Shown here in pieces: positions 51,479-62,700 of a stretch of 64,000 nt of DNA. The notes under the pieces are model-generated. The model made no database searches and was not told the DNA's origin. It saw only the letters and a list, made by a program, of their open reading frames with translations. Position 1 is the first letter of the stretch. Each line of letters opens with the position of its first letter. The DNA lies in the NCBI GenBank assembly GCA_030390025.1, contig CM059447.1, forward strand, positions 27,590,001 through 27,654,000. Direction: 5' to 3'. The translations under genes were made by a program, and so were the position numbers. Origin of the DNA: Squalus acanthias (taxonomy: Eukaryota).

Positions 51479-54398
51479 CTTGGCAGGGGGATGGGATATG
51501 GAGTGGAGCTATAGTAGGGGGTGATGCACAGCCAACTATAGAGGAAAAAACAAGTCAGCCTGAAAGGCAGAGCAAATATGTAACGGCACAAGGGAGTATG
51601 GCAAGGCTGGATGGCATTTATTTTAATGCAAGGAGTCTTGCGAGTAAGGTAGATGATTTGAAGGTGTTGATGAACACATGGGAGTACGATATTGTTGCTA
51701 TCACAGAGACATGGTTGAGGGAGGGGCAGGACTGGCATATCAATATTCCGGGGTATAGAATCTTCAGGTGAGACAGAGGGGGGTGTAAAAGAGGAGGGGG
51801 TGTCGCAATATTAATCAAGGAGTCAATTAATGCTGTAAGGAGGGATGATATCTTAGCAGGTTCCTCTAATGAGGCCATATGGGTAGAACTTAAAAACAAA
51901 AAGGGGGCAAGCGCTTTGCTGGGAGTGTACTATAGGCCCCCAAACAGTCAGGGGGAGATAGAGGAACAGATATTTAGGCAAATCTCAGAGAAGTGTAGAA
52001 ATAATAGGGTAATAATAGTAGGGGATTTCAACTTCCCCAATATTAACTGGGATAGTCAGAGTGTGAAAGGCTTAGAGGGTGCAAAATTCTTAAAGTGCAT
52101 CCAGGAGAGCTTTTTGTGTCAGCATGTAGAAAGTCCTACAAGAGAGGGGGCGGTACTGGATCTAATTCTAGGGAATGTAGCTGGGCAAGTGGTAGAAGTG
52201 TTAGTAGGAGAGCATTTTGGTGACAGTGACCATAATTCAGTGAGATTTAAGGTAGTCATGGAAAAGGACAAAGATGGACCGGAAATAAAGGTTCTAAATT
52301 GGGGGAAGGCCGATTTTAATATAATAAGGCAGGATCTGGCCAAAGTGGACTGGGATCAGCTACTTGTAGGAAAATCCACATCAGAGTAGTGGGGGTCTTT
52401 CAGAAAGGAAATAGAGAGAGTACAATGCCAACATGTTCCCGTAAAGGTCAAGGGTGGGACCAACAAGCCCAGGGAACCCTGGATGTCAAGGGATATACGA
52501 GAATGGAGTAGGAAGAAAAGGGAGGCTTTTGGCAGATACAAAGGACTAAAAACAGTGGAAGCCCTAGAGGAGTATAGAAAGTGCAGGGGGGTACTTAAAA
52601 AAGAAATTAGGAGAGCGAAGAGGGGGCATGAAATAACACTGGCGGGCAAAATAAAGAAAAATCCCAATGTGTTTTATAAGTATATTAAGGGCAAGAGGAT
52701 AACCAGGGAAAGAGTAGGGCCCATTAGGGACCAAAGTGGCAATCTGTGTGTAGAGCCAGAAGATGTAGGTGAGGTTTTAAATGAATATTTTGCATCTGTG
52801 TTCACTATGGAGAAGGACGATGTAGGCATAGAAATCAGACAGGGGGATTGTGATATACTTGAACAAATTAGTATTGAGAGGGAGGAGGTACTAGCGGTTT
52901 TAGCGGGCTTAAAAGTGGATAAATCCCCAGGCCCAGACGAGATGTATCCCAGGCTGCTGTGTGAGGCAAGGGAGGAGATTGCAGGGGCTCTGACACAAAT
53001 TTTCAGAACCTCTCTGGCCACAGGGGAGGTGCCAGAGGGCTGGAGAACAGCTAACGTAGTACCATTATTCAAGAAGGGTAGTAGGGATAAACCAGGGAAT
53101 TATAGGCCAGTGAGCCTAACATCAGTGGTAGGGAAATTATTGGAAAAAAATCTGAGGGACAGAATTAGTCTCCACTTGGAGAGGCAAGGATCAACCAAGG
53201 ATAGTCAGCATGGTTTTGTCAGGGGGAGATCATGTCTGACCAATTTGATTGAATTTTTCGAGTGGGTGAGGGTAGTGCAGTTGATGTGGTCTACATGGAC
53301 TTCAGTAAGGCTTTTGACAAAGTCCCGCATGGGAGACTGGTCAAGAAGGTAAGAGCCCATGGGATCCAGGGCAACTTGGCACATTGGATCCAAAATTGGC
53401 TTAGTGGCAGGAGGCAGAGGGTGATGGTCGAAGGTAGTTTTTGTGACTGGAAGCCTGTGTCCAGTGGTGTACCGCAGGGATCGGTGCTGGGTCCTTTGCT
53501 GTTTGTAGTGTACATTAATGATTTAGATATGAATGTAGGAGGTATGATCTGTAAGTTTGCAGATGACACGAAAATTGGTGGGGTGGTGAATAGCGAGGAG
53601 GGAAGCCTCAGGCTACTGGACGATATAGACGGGTTGGTCAGATGGGCAGAACAGTGGCAAATGGAATTTAACCCTGAAAAGTGTGAGGTGATGCATTTTG
53701 GGAGGACGAACAAGGCAAGGGAATACACAATGAATGGTAGGACCCTAGGAAGGACAGAGGATCAGAGGGACCTTGGTGTGCATGTACATAGATCCCTGAA
53801 GGCAGCAGGACAGGTAGATAAGGTGGTTAAGAAGGCATATGGGATACTTGCCTTCATTAGCCGAGGCATAGAATATAAGAGCAGGGAGGTTATGATGGAG
53901 CTGTACAAAATGCTAGTTAGGGTACAGCTGGAATACTGTGTGCAGTTCTGGTCGCCACACTATAGGAAGGATGTGATAGCATTGGAGAGGGTGCAGAGGA
54001 GATTCATCAGGATGTTACCTGAGTTGCAGCGCTTCAGCTATGAAGAGAGCCTGGACAGGCTGGGGTTGTTTTCCTTAGAGCAGAGAAGGCTGAGGGGGGA
54101 CCTGATTGAGGTGTACAAAATTATGAGGGGCATAGATAGGGTAGATAGAAAGGAACTTTTCCCCTTAGTAGAGGGGTCAACAACCAGGGGGCATAGTTTC
54201 AAGGTAAGGGGCAGGAGGTTTAGAGGGGATTTGAGGAAAAAAAATTTCACCCAGAGGGTGGTTGGAATCTGGAACTCACTGCCTGAAAGGGTGGTAGAGG
54301 CAGGAACCCTCACAACATTCAAGAAGCATTTAGATGAGCACTTGAAACACCATACTAGCATACAAGGCTACGGACCAAGTGCTGGAAAATGGGATTAG
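51469..54398 (+). pseudogene. CR1 ORF2: APE-type endonuclease plus reverse transcriptase
   Basis: EN motifs FNARS, ITETWL, YRPP, GDFN, LDLIL and SDH. RT motifs NYRPVSLTS, QHGF, DFSKAFDKV, GVPQGSVLGPLLF and KFADDTK. In-frame stops at 51769-51771 and 52387-52389, and a frameshifting deletion near 53262. The first in-frame ATG is at 51598. Confidence 0.95.
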
Positions 54399-54470
54399 AA
54401 TAGACAGGGCTTGATAGCCGGCACGGACACGACGGGTTGAAGGGCCTCTTTCTGTGCTGAACTCTATGAG

Positions 54471-55050
54471 ACCTTTCAAGGCTGAAAAAATTAAGTTTTT
54501 CTATTCTTTCCTCAGATCTCTTTTGAGCTACCTCCTGATGTCTTGGTGACCTGTACTGGACGCAGTGTCCAAGGTGTGGTCTGACCAGAGCACTGTATAG
54601 CTTGGACATGACTTGTACCACACTGTTCTGGCTATATAGTTCAGTATTCTATTGGCTTTGTTGATTGCTGCTCTGCTGTGGTTAGAGATGATGAGAATTT
54701 CAACTTCACCTTCTGCTTTTACAAAATGGAGTATGTGTCACCTTTTTTTCCCCTATGTGCAGTACTTTAGGCTTGTCCATGTTAAATTTCATCTGCCATT
54801 GCTCTGCCCGCTTACATATTTTGTCCAATTAATTTTGTATTTCTCGAGCTGCCTCCTCAGAATAAAATGTCCCTCTTAGTTTGGTATCATTTGCATATTA
54901 ATCAATTTGTATTGAGTTTCTGAATTCAAGTCATTGATGTAAATTAGAAACGGCAATATTTATAATACTGGTCCCTGGGGCACAGCACTCAGAACACTCC
55001 CCCCACCAATATTATTCCTCTATCTCTTTTCTACCCTTCAATCAATTTTG
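54471..55050 (-). mobile_element. Old CR1 LINE RT/C-terminal remnant, antisense (host of the full-length CR1)
   Basis: The minus strand gives KLYSALVRPHLGHCVQYRSPRHQE..YEE-like..EKLNFFSLER. ttggtatcatttgcata near 54880 reads YANDTK, a decayed FADDTK. Confidence 0.8.
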
Positions 55051-55227
55051 ACAGGGTTTAAATAGATTCGGGTGGTTGCAGATTATTTTCTTTAGGGCAG
55101 TTCTGCTTCACATCAAACCCATGCCGTTTTTTGGCTGAATGTTTGTATTTATCTAGCCCGAAATGGAACACTTGCCCAGTGTCAAGGCCAAGCACTCCCA
55201 GATCAGGTACAGCATTGATAAGATAAT

Positions 55228-55915
55228 GGGGTGGATATTCACCTTGGGCAGTAGTGCAAAATGGCCGGTAGCGCAAATGGGCGATAGCGCAAAATGGGCG
55301 ATGTGCAAATGGGTGATAGTGCAAATGGGCGATGTGCAAATGGGCGATAGTGCAAAATGGGCGATGTGCAAATGGGCGATGTGCAAATGGGCGATAGTGC
55401 AAAATGGGCGATGTGCAAATGGGCGATGTGCAAATGGGCGAGAGTGCAAAATGGGCAATGTGCAAATGGGCGATGTGCAAATGGGCGATAGTGCAAATGG
55501 GTGGTAGTGCAAATGGACGATGTGCAAATGGGCGGTAGTGCAAATGAGCGATGTGCAAATGGACGATGTGCAAATGGGCGGTAGTGCAAATGGGCGATGC
55601 GCAAATGGGCGATGCGCAAATGGGCGGTAGTGCAAATGGGCGGTAGTGCAAATGGGTGATGTGCAAATGGGCGATAGTGCAAATGGGCGATGTGCAAATG
55701 GGTGATAGTGCAAATGGGTGATAGTGCAAATGGGCGGTAGTGCAAATGGGCAATGTGCAAATGGGCAATAGTGCAAAATGGGCGATAGCCCATCAGCGAT
55801 CCGTTTTACACTCCGCCTGATTTTCTTCTCCATTGCAAATTGGGTGGAGTGTAAAATGGGCTGCTGACTCACTATTGCTAGTTTTGCACTATTGCCTAAG
55901 ACATATTTCAACCCC
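55228..55915. mobile_element. Palindromic MITE whose left arm is expanded by a minisatellite
   Basis: Left end ggggtggatattcaccttgggcagtagtgcaaaa versus right end ttttgcactattgcctaagacatatttcaacccc. Inner arms ccgttttacactccgcctgattt / aaattgggtggagtgtaaaatgg. Confidence 0.8.
55246..55790 (+). repeat. Minisatellite, about 34 units of 15-17 bp, consensus GGGCGAT(A)GTGCAAA(A)T
   Basis: Units counted directly. It explains the repetitive PICT/IAHLH/RPFAH ORFs in the track. Confidence 0.95.
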
Positions 55916-57899
55916 TATGTGTCTTAATCTCAAACTCAAAACACCACCCCACCTGCTGTAGTGTGAGACTCCATTCCCCACATTAGTGGCAGAATATTCC
56001 CCCAACCTCATTCTTAACCTGTTGTTGCATTGGGCACGGATATGAATATTTTTCCATTCCATTGCTTGGTTTCTCCTAATCTCCTAACAAGAGCAAAATA
56101 AAAGATTTTAATAAAGACAGAAATATCAATTTTTTAAAAAAAGGAAAATTAATCAGCTTTTCATTTGACTCCATCATACATCATTTATAACATTACCAGC
56201 CTGGGGAGTAAATGCTGAGCAAGTCTTTAGTTTATTACTAAACTAAAGAACACTTTCCCATAAAAATGGCATTTTCAAAACCACAATGGAATCCATAACA
56301 AATTAGCAGATTCCATGAATTCCATTATTTACCTTTCCCGGGATAATAAAAGGTAATTAAGTCTGGAGTGGCTGTAAACGATAGCACAGATGTCTGCAGT
56401 GCAAAAATAAGTTACATTAGTTTCCAAATCAGCTGTTTGTTTAATAGGAAACTGACGCAACGGCTGCCCTATTAATATCGTGTTACTGTAGAGGAATTAG
56501 CTGGGATTATAGATAATGCAGTTGTACCGTCTGTCCCCATGGCTGACGTGGCCTTACCTTGCAGTGTCCAGGACTTCTGAAAAGACTGGGCAGCTGCAGG
56601 GGCTGACTAATTCAGACTGGCCGGCGTCCAGGGAATGGGATGCTGGGATTAAGTACAACACACCTGCCACCAGTTTCATCAAAACAGCAGGGAAGAGTGG
56701 AACCAAATCTGTGCTTCCTCAGATTGTCTAATCCTCTGAACTCCCCCGGTCTACACTAAATGATACCGTAAAAATTTACAGGAAAATGCAAATGTAAAAC
56801 CCAAGTGAGCTTTTAATAATGAGCCCTGGGATCTTTTTAGTGATATTTGATTACAAAAAGATACAACTCATTTAATCATCTCTTCATTGATCCCCTGTGC
56901 CAAAGAGGGAGTTTTCTTTTCTGTCAGCTCGGCTGCTTTTTGCAATTATCCACTGCACAGTTTTACAAACAGAATTATATGTAATTCATTACCCATCAGT
57001 TCTTATGTTGCAAATACTGCTGAATGCAGGTCTTCGATGCTCGCGCCATATCAGCAGCCAGGACTTGTTGGGCAGCTGTGTTTTTAAACAGATCTACAGT
57101 ACTCGATGGATGCAAGTTGAACAGTTACTGAAGTGATCGTGTGTGTCACAGTATCGATGCTTGCACAGTCCATGCAGGGCAAAGGCTAATAATTCACTCA
57201 CATCTGGTGCCGTGTGGCTCACGAGCATCTCAGTGGCTCTATTTATACAGATGCTTCGGAAAATAATACTTCTGCTATATTTAATTTACAGATTTTAACT
57301 AATTCGAAGATTTTTCAAATGCAATGCCTGTAGCTGGATTGTTCATGAATTACACTACAAACTCAGGAAATTAAAACACTATCTTAAAAAGCACGTTGAC
57401 GTGAATGACATTGAATTATTTCCCTAGAATAATTAGATAAATTCCTGAGGTAAATTGTACACCTACAACGATGAGGTGTTTAAGTTGCTCAGCAGGCAAG
57501 CTGTGCTGGTAATGGAAGTGCGGACATTCATTTGTCTAGCCCATCATGCAGGTGCTTCATGCCCTGCATTTTTCTCTTCATACTGGCGCGGAGATCCAGA
57601 AGACTAGATTCTCACCCACCTGATTCTCTTGACGTTAATTCCGCCCAATGCTGGAGGTAGACGGGCATATTTGAGTGAGCCAATAATGATGTGACGTTGT
57701 CATATAAACAAGTTTCTGTTGTTACTGCCTCATTTAATGCTGCATGTAGATCACACCAATAATAAAACAGACACCCAGTGTTGCTAGGTAGAAGTGCATT
57801 TAATGGGCCAGCTGCTAAATTAAAAGGATTCATAGAAGGCTTATTATGATTGTTTTGCTGTGGGACTCCCATTTTTGCCCCAAGAGACCACTATAAGTT

Positions 57900-58640
57900 T
57901 CCCATTGGGAATACCCCTGCATTTTTGTTGGTTGGAGGATGAGGAGGAGCAACGGTAGAAGGCCTGGTTGGTCAGACACCACAGAAGATACAATCACCCA
58001 TCCACTGATTCCTGCACTCCAGAGCATACGGAGCAAGGTTCCCCTACGTCTGGCTGACCCAGGAGCAGTACTTAAGGAAGCTGCACTTTGCAAGGGAAGC
58101 CGTCAGCATGTGTCACACGTGCTGCAACCCAACCTACAGTGCACTTCCACCACAGGCACTCATTGGCAATAGCTGTGAAGGTTTATGCTAAAGGGTCATT
58201 GCAGGCTGCCATCGGGGACATTAGCAACATTATTCAATCAGCTGTGCACAGCTGCATCCAGCAAGTCATGGATGCATTGTTTGCTACAGTTAGCCAGTTT
58301 ATCCACTTCCCCACGGGCAATCCTGTGGCAACATGAGCCCTACAACTTCACCTTGTTACAAGGTATTATAGAATGTACCTACGTGGCGATGCGTACTCCA
58401 TAAATCAAACCCATCATCTAGGTCAATCAGAATCATGCAAGTGAATGCTCGCTTTACTGGAAGCTACTATGATGCCTTCAGTTTAAGGTAGGCCGCTATG
58501 CTGCACTATTTGATCCCATAAAGGCAAGTGTCTGGGTAGATACTGGCGATCAAGGCTACCCTAGACAACCATGGCTAATAACACCTGTGCACTTGACAGG
58601 GCAGCAGCTGAGCACTGCTATAACAAGGTTCATTCTTCTA
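57900..58640 (+). pseudogene. Decayed PIF/Harbinger DDE transposase (HARBI1-like)
   Basis: Collinear fragments across frames: LAIAVKVYAKGSLQAAIGDISNIIQSAVHSCIQQVMDALF, LQGIIECTYVAMRTP (GxIDCTH-like), IMQVNARFTGSYYDAF (PGSxHDA-like), ILGDQGYP-like..PWLITPV and AEHCYNKVH. Stops, frameshifts and deletions are present. Confidence 0.85.
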
Positions 58641-59246
58641 TTTGTATTAAACATGATTAACAGCCCCATGTACATAAACACAACTAATAGATATATCAAT
58701 GCAAACATTTGAATGGTGTGTACTATTAGATCCTAATTTGTCACTAACTTAACAATTCCTTAAGATCCTAATTATTTGTTTACATATTTTGCCTTTTCCT
58801 GTTATTTGGATCCCACAGCAATAATTGCAATTCCCTGACTGAGAAAGCAGACAGTTTATTTCCAGTCTGTTGTTTATAGCGCTGTGGTGCTGCTGCTAAG
58901 AGGTGCATTGACCCTTTGTCTAATGTTCCTGCTGCACTCCTTCCCAGATGGCCCCAGCTATGCCTGAAAACTCACTGTGGGGAAATCATGAGGATAGTTC
59001 ACATCCTGCCAGCTTATGATGATATACACAAGTGCAGTAATGTACTATTTAAGACAATTTTATCTGCATAAAGTGGTCAAAAAAATAAATTGATTTTCAT
59101 CACTGCATCATGTCTGAAAATTAGCATCAATTTCCATTTTCTGGAACCTCTTAACATCTTGGGCTGGCTTCTCCACTGGATTACCGCTAACAATGTTTGA
59201 TAGAAGATATTAGACGAATAAAAATTAACTTTGAACACCACTAACT

Positions 59247-60356
59247 GGGGGAGGTTTTCAGGCCGCCAGCTGAGCGGAAACAGATGGCCGTGCCCAAAAA
59301 TTGGCGGGGTATGACTTATTGCCCCATTCTCACCGATGGTGTGGCCACGGTATGTTGCCAAGGACCTTTCACTGGGTGGCCAGAGCACCCGCCTGAGTCA
59401 GGTAAGTGGCATGAAAAAGTGGCAGTGAGTGGCAAGAAACCTGCCAATACAGCAGCTAGAACCATGTGGAAGGAAGTGGCACAGGTTGTAAGGGGAAACT
59501 CCGTAAATCCCAGTACCCCTCTTTAATGCTGGCCAATGTTTAATAACTCCACAAGGTCAGTAAGGATAAGTGCTATGGTTATAAGCTGCCATTAATGCAT
59601 ATTTTCTACATTTAAGACAGTAGGTCTATATTCACCATAGAAGTACATTCACAAATGTATGGGCATCATCCTATGCACGAAATGAACTGGAGTGATACGT
59701 GCACATGCAAGATTACAATTAAATGGATGCAGCATCCTGCAATGTCTACATGTCCATTGAAGTCTCACTGTCTCGGTGAGAATTCTCAAATAGTTGTTAA
59801 CTTCGACTCCCGTGATTGATAATAAACAGCATTCTTTTGTAATGCAGAAAAGCTTGTGCATAATTCCTGAGAAGGACAGGCTACAGAAGGAGAGACAGCA
59901 GGAGGAGGAGGAGGCAAACAAAAATACATAGAAATACATAGAAACCCAGGCTTACTTCTGTGTTGTAATTACTGTGTGATCTGGATCTCCTGTGGTGGTG
60001 CCTTATAAGCCTGGCTTCCCTGGTTCTCTGCTGTTCCTCCTCCTCTAACAAGTAATGAGGAGAGTCCTCATGGGGAATAACATTTTGCAACCTGCCTCTT
60101 CATTTTAGGAGAATTCCACAAACAACAAATAGTCTCGAGGCAGACTTCTAAATGAAACTAGCAGCCTCAAATTTCAAGAGCAAACCAAATGGACATAAGA
60201 CCAATCCAAAGTTAGAAGTATCTATTTAACAGCAGAATTTACCTTTAAGATCCCAGTATCAGCCTTCCTCAGCTGCTGGTATATATTACTCCTGTTTTAT
60301 AATGGCTTAAGTTAGATTGGCGGATCCTAGGACAGAGCCCTAGGTTTTATGGCCCC
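59247..60356. mobile_element. Internally deleted Harbinger element retaining 5' pieces of its two convergent genes
   Basis: GGGG.. and ..GGCCCC ends (weak TIRs), a Myb/SANT fragment on +, and a transposase N-terminus-like fragment on - (EEEEQQRTREARLIRHHHRR, 59980-60090) similar to EDEEEQR*KAWLVRHHRR at 57935. Confidence 0.55.
59431..59565 (+). pseudogene. Myb/SANT-like (MSANTD-type) DNA-binding protein fragment of a Harbinger element
   Basis: GKKPANTAARTMWKEVAQVVRGNSVNPSTPL*CWPMFNNSTRSV fits the WxEVAxxV...RTxxQCxKxFNDL pattern. Confidence 0.65.
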
Positions 60357-60487
60357 AAGTAATGAATGATTCTAACAAATGGAGTCATCACTATTATATT
60401 TGAGGTGGGATCTATAGCATGTACAAACTGATCAATGATACTTCCATCCAGAGTACTTTAGAAACAATATGAGTAACTTCATGAAGG

Positions 60488-60560
60488 TTCGTGTGGAGCA
60501 TAAACACCGGCATAGACCAGTCGGGTTAAATGGCCTGTTTCTGTGCTGTAAATTCGATGT
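60488..60560 (+). mobile_element. CR1 3' tail fragment
   Basis: accggcatagaccagtcgggttaaatggcctgtttctgtgctgtaaattc resembles the tails at 26100-26165 and 54415-54470. Confidence 0.7.
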
Positions 60561-61711
60561 CATTCGAAAACTTGGAGAGATGGCCTACATGGTTCATCTT
60601 CTTGTATAGCAGGCTTAGATCATTTAAGTTGAACATCCAATTGAACTTTACTTGTCTATTTTCATTGCTACTCATGCACAATGCAGACAGTACATCTGCA
60701 GTAACATCAGAAGTCTTCCAGTTATACTAAACCAATATCTAACATGCATAAAAGGAAAATTCATATTTGATTTCTTTTAATTTATTGAGAAAAATAGCCC
60801 ACAGGGAAGTTAATACAAATCTCTCTCTCTCTCACTCTGACAATAAAAACATTGAAAACACTTCAGACGTTTTCACCAGCAGCATACACATCCTGCCACC
60901 TTTACAGGATAATTCAGGCTTCTGAAAGGATTGTGATAACCCCAACTTCAATTATGATTGAGAAAAAAAGAGGGAAAGCACCAGGTCAATGTTTTCAGGG
61001 AAGCGTGGTCAAAATGTTGTGATCCATTAAAACAAAACTTCTACTCAACAAGCACACTTTTGTAGCTATAGGAAATGTGCAGAATGTCCCTCAGAACCTA
61101 TAAAAGAGTAAAGATGGGCTAATGTGCCTGGACCATTTGCACAATCATGATGCAGGCCTGTCCCCTGGCAAGGCCTTGTGCTGGGACCTGGCTGTAAAAA
61201 CAGGAGTACAGCTGCAGGCTTCAGAGGCCTGGCCACCAGCATCAGAGCCTTCTGGCTGCTGTCTCCACCCAATTTTGTTCTCCTTCACACCCCGTCTGCA
61301 CCAGTTTGTGGAGCATAAAAAGACTAAAATTGGGCCCGTTATATATGTGCCAGGTATCTGAGCCATTGAATTTGAATACAATCATCCGGGGGGGGGGTGG
61401 ATTTTGTTTGAATATATGTTTGATTGGCTGCTCTTTTTGAGCTCAAGAAAGTTTATTTTAGCTTATAAATTGAGTAATCTGTCTGAGGCCATCGGAGAAA
61501 TTGTAGATAGACCGGAGAGACTGTGTGGAAAGTCAGCAGCAAATTGCCACTGATGATTAATATCTAGGGACTTTGTGACAGGTCCAGCAATTGTTGACTT
61601 ATCCATTTATTGCTTAATAATCTGTTTGGTAACTTAATGAACTGTCAAGTTTAGTGGGATGTGAACCACCTTGCAAAACATGTGCTGTAATCAGTAAACT
61701 GAAATACACTG

Positions 61712-62700
61712 ACAACTTGCATTTATATAGCGCCTTTAAAGTAGTAAAACGTCCCAAGGCACTTCGCAGGAGCGTTACCAGGCAGAATTTGACACTGAGC
61801 CGCATAAGGAGATATTAGGACAGGTGACCAAAAGCTTAGTCAAAGAGGTAAGTTTTAAGGAGCATCTTAAAGGAGGAAAGAGAAGTAGAGAGGCCGAGAG
61901 GTTTAGGGAGGGAATTCCAGATGCCTATGCAGCTGAAGGCCCAGCCACCAATGGTGGAGTGATGAAAATCGGGGATGCACAAAAGACCAGAATTGGAGGA
62001 ACACAGAGTTCTTGGAAGGTTGCTTGCTGAACCAGGAGCCAATGTAAGTCAGCGAGCACAGGGGTAATAGGTGAACGGGACTTGGTGTGAGTTAGGATAC
62101 AGGCAGCAGAGTTTTGGATGAGCTCAAGTTTACGGAGCTCAAGATGGGAGGCCGGCCAGGAGAGAATTAGAATAGTCGAGTATGGAGGGAAAAAAAAGCA
62201 TGGATGAGGGTTTCAGTAGCAGATGGGTTGAAGTAGGGGCAGAGATGGGTGATATTACAGAGGTGGAAGTAGGCAGTCTTGGTGACGGAGAGGAATGGAG
62301 ACCAAAGCTCAGCTCAGGGTCAAACAGGAAGCCAAAGTTTCGAACAATCTGGTTTGGCCTCAAACAGTGACTCAGACAGGATGGAATCAGTGGCTCAGGA
62401 ATGGAGTTTGTGGCGGGGGCTGAAGACAATGGCTTTGGTCTTCCCAATATTTAATTAGAGGAAATTTCTGCTCATCAGGTCAAGGAGGAAGAAAAGGGAT
62501 AGTGCACCATGGTCACAGACACACAGGAATGTCATTTGTAACTTTGACAAGGGCTGTTTCTCCTGATTGGAGAGGTTCAAACATGGAGTTGCGGGGAAGA
62601 TGGGCATGGATTTGGGAGGCAACGACAGGTTCAAGGAGGAAATGAAAGTTGTAGATGGGGCAGTAGTTTGCAAGAACAGAGGGGTCAAGGGTAGGATTTT
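61712..62700 (-). mobile_element. L2 LINE 3' fragment with internal deletions
   Basis: acaacttgcatttatatagcgcctttaa tail; reverse complement of 17368-17946. The minus strand encodes VRNFGFLFDPELSF and LDYSNSLLAGLPS. Confidence 0.92.

Larger units (their letters stand above)
50206..54470 (+). mobile_element. Near full-length CR1 LINE, disabled by three stops and one frameshift
   Basis: About 300-bp 5' UTR, ORF1 with Cys motifs and SGNH esterase, ORF2 with APE endonuclease and RT, and a short 3' UTR ending gggcctctttctgtgctgaactctatga. The 5' boundary is approximate. Confidence 0.96.

Noticed and set aside
50511-54361. Minus-strand ORFs of 74-195 aa
   Set aside because: They are antisense shadows of the CR1 coding sequence.
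55058-55911. Long ORFs of 114-252 aa with His/Cys-rich repeats; the array could also be mistaken for a CRISPR array
   Set aside because: They are translations of a stop-poor minisatellite, open in several frames. The units are contiguous with no unique spacers, there are no cas genes, and the context is eukaryotic.
57900-58640. Host gene HARBI1
   Set aside because: Multiple stops, frameshifts, deletions and decayed catalytic motifs indicate a dead transposon copy, not the domesticated gene.
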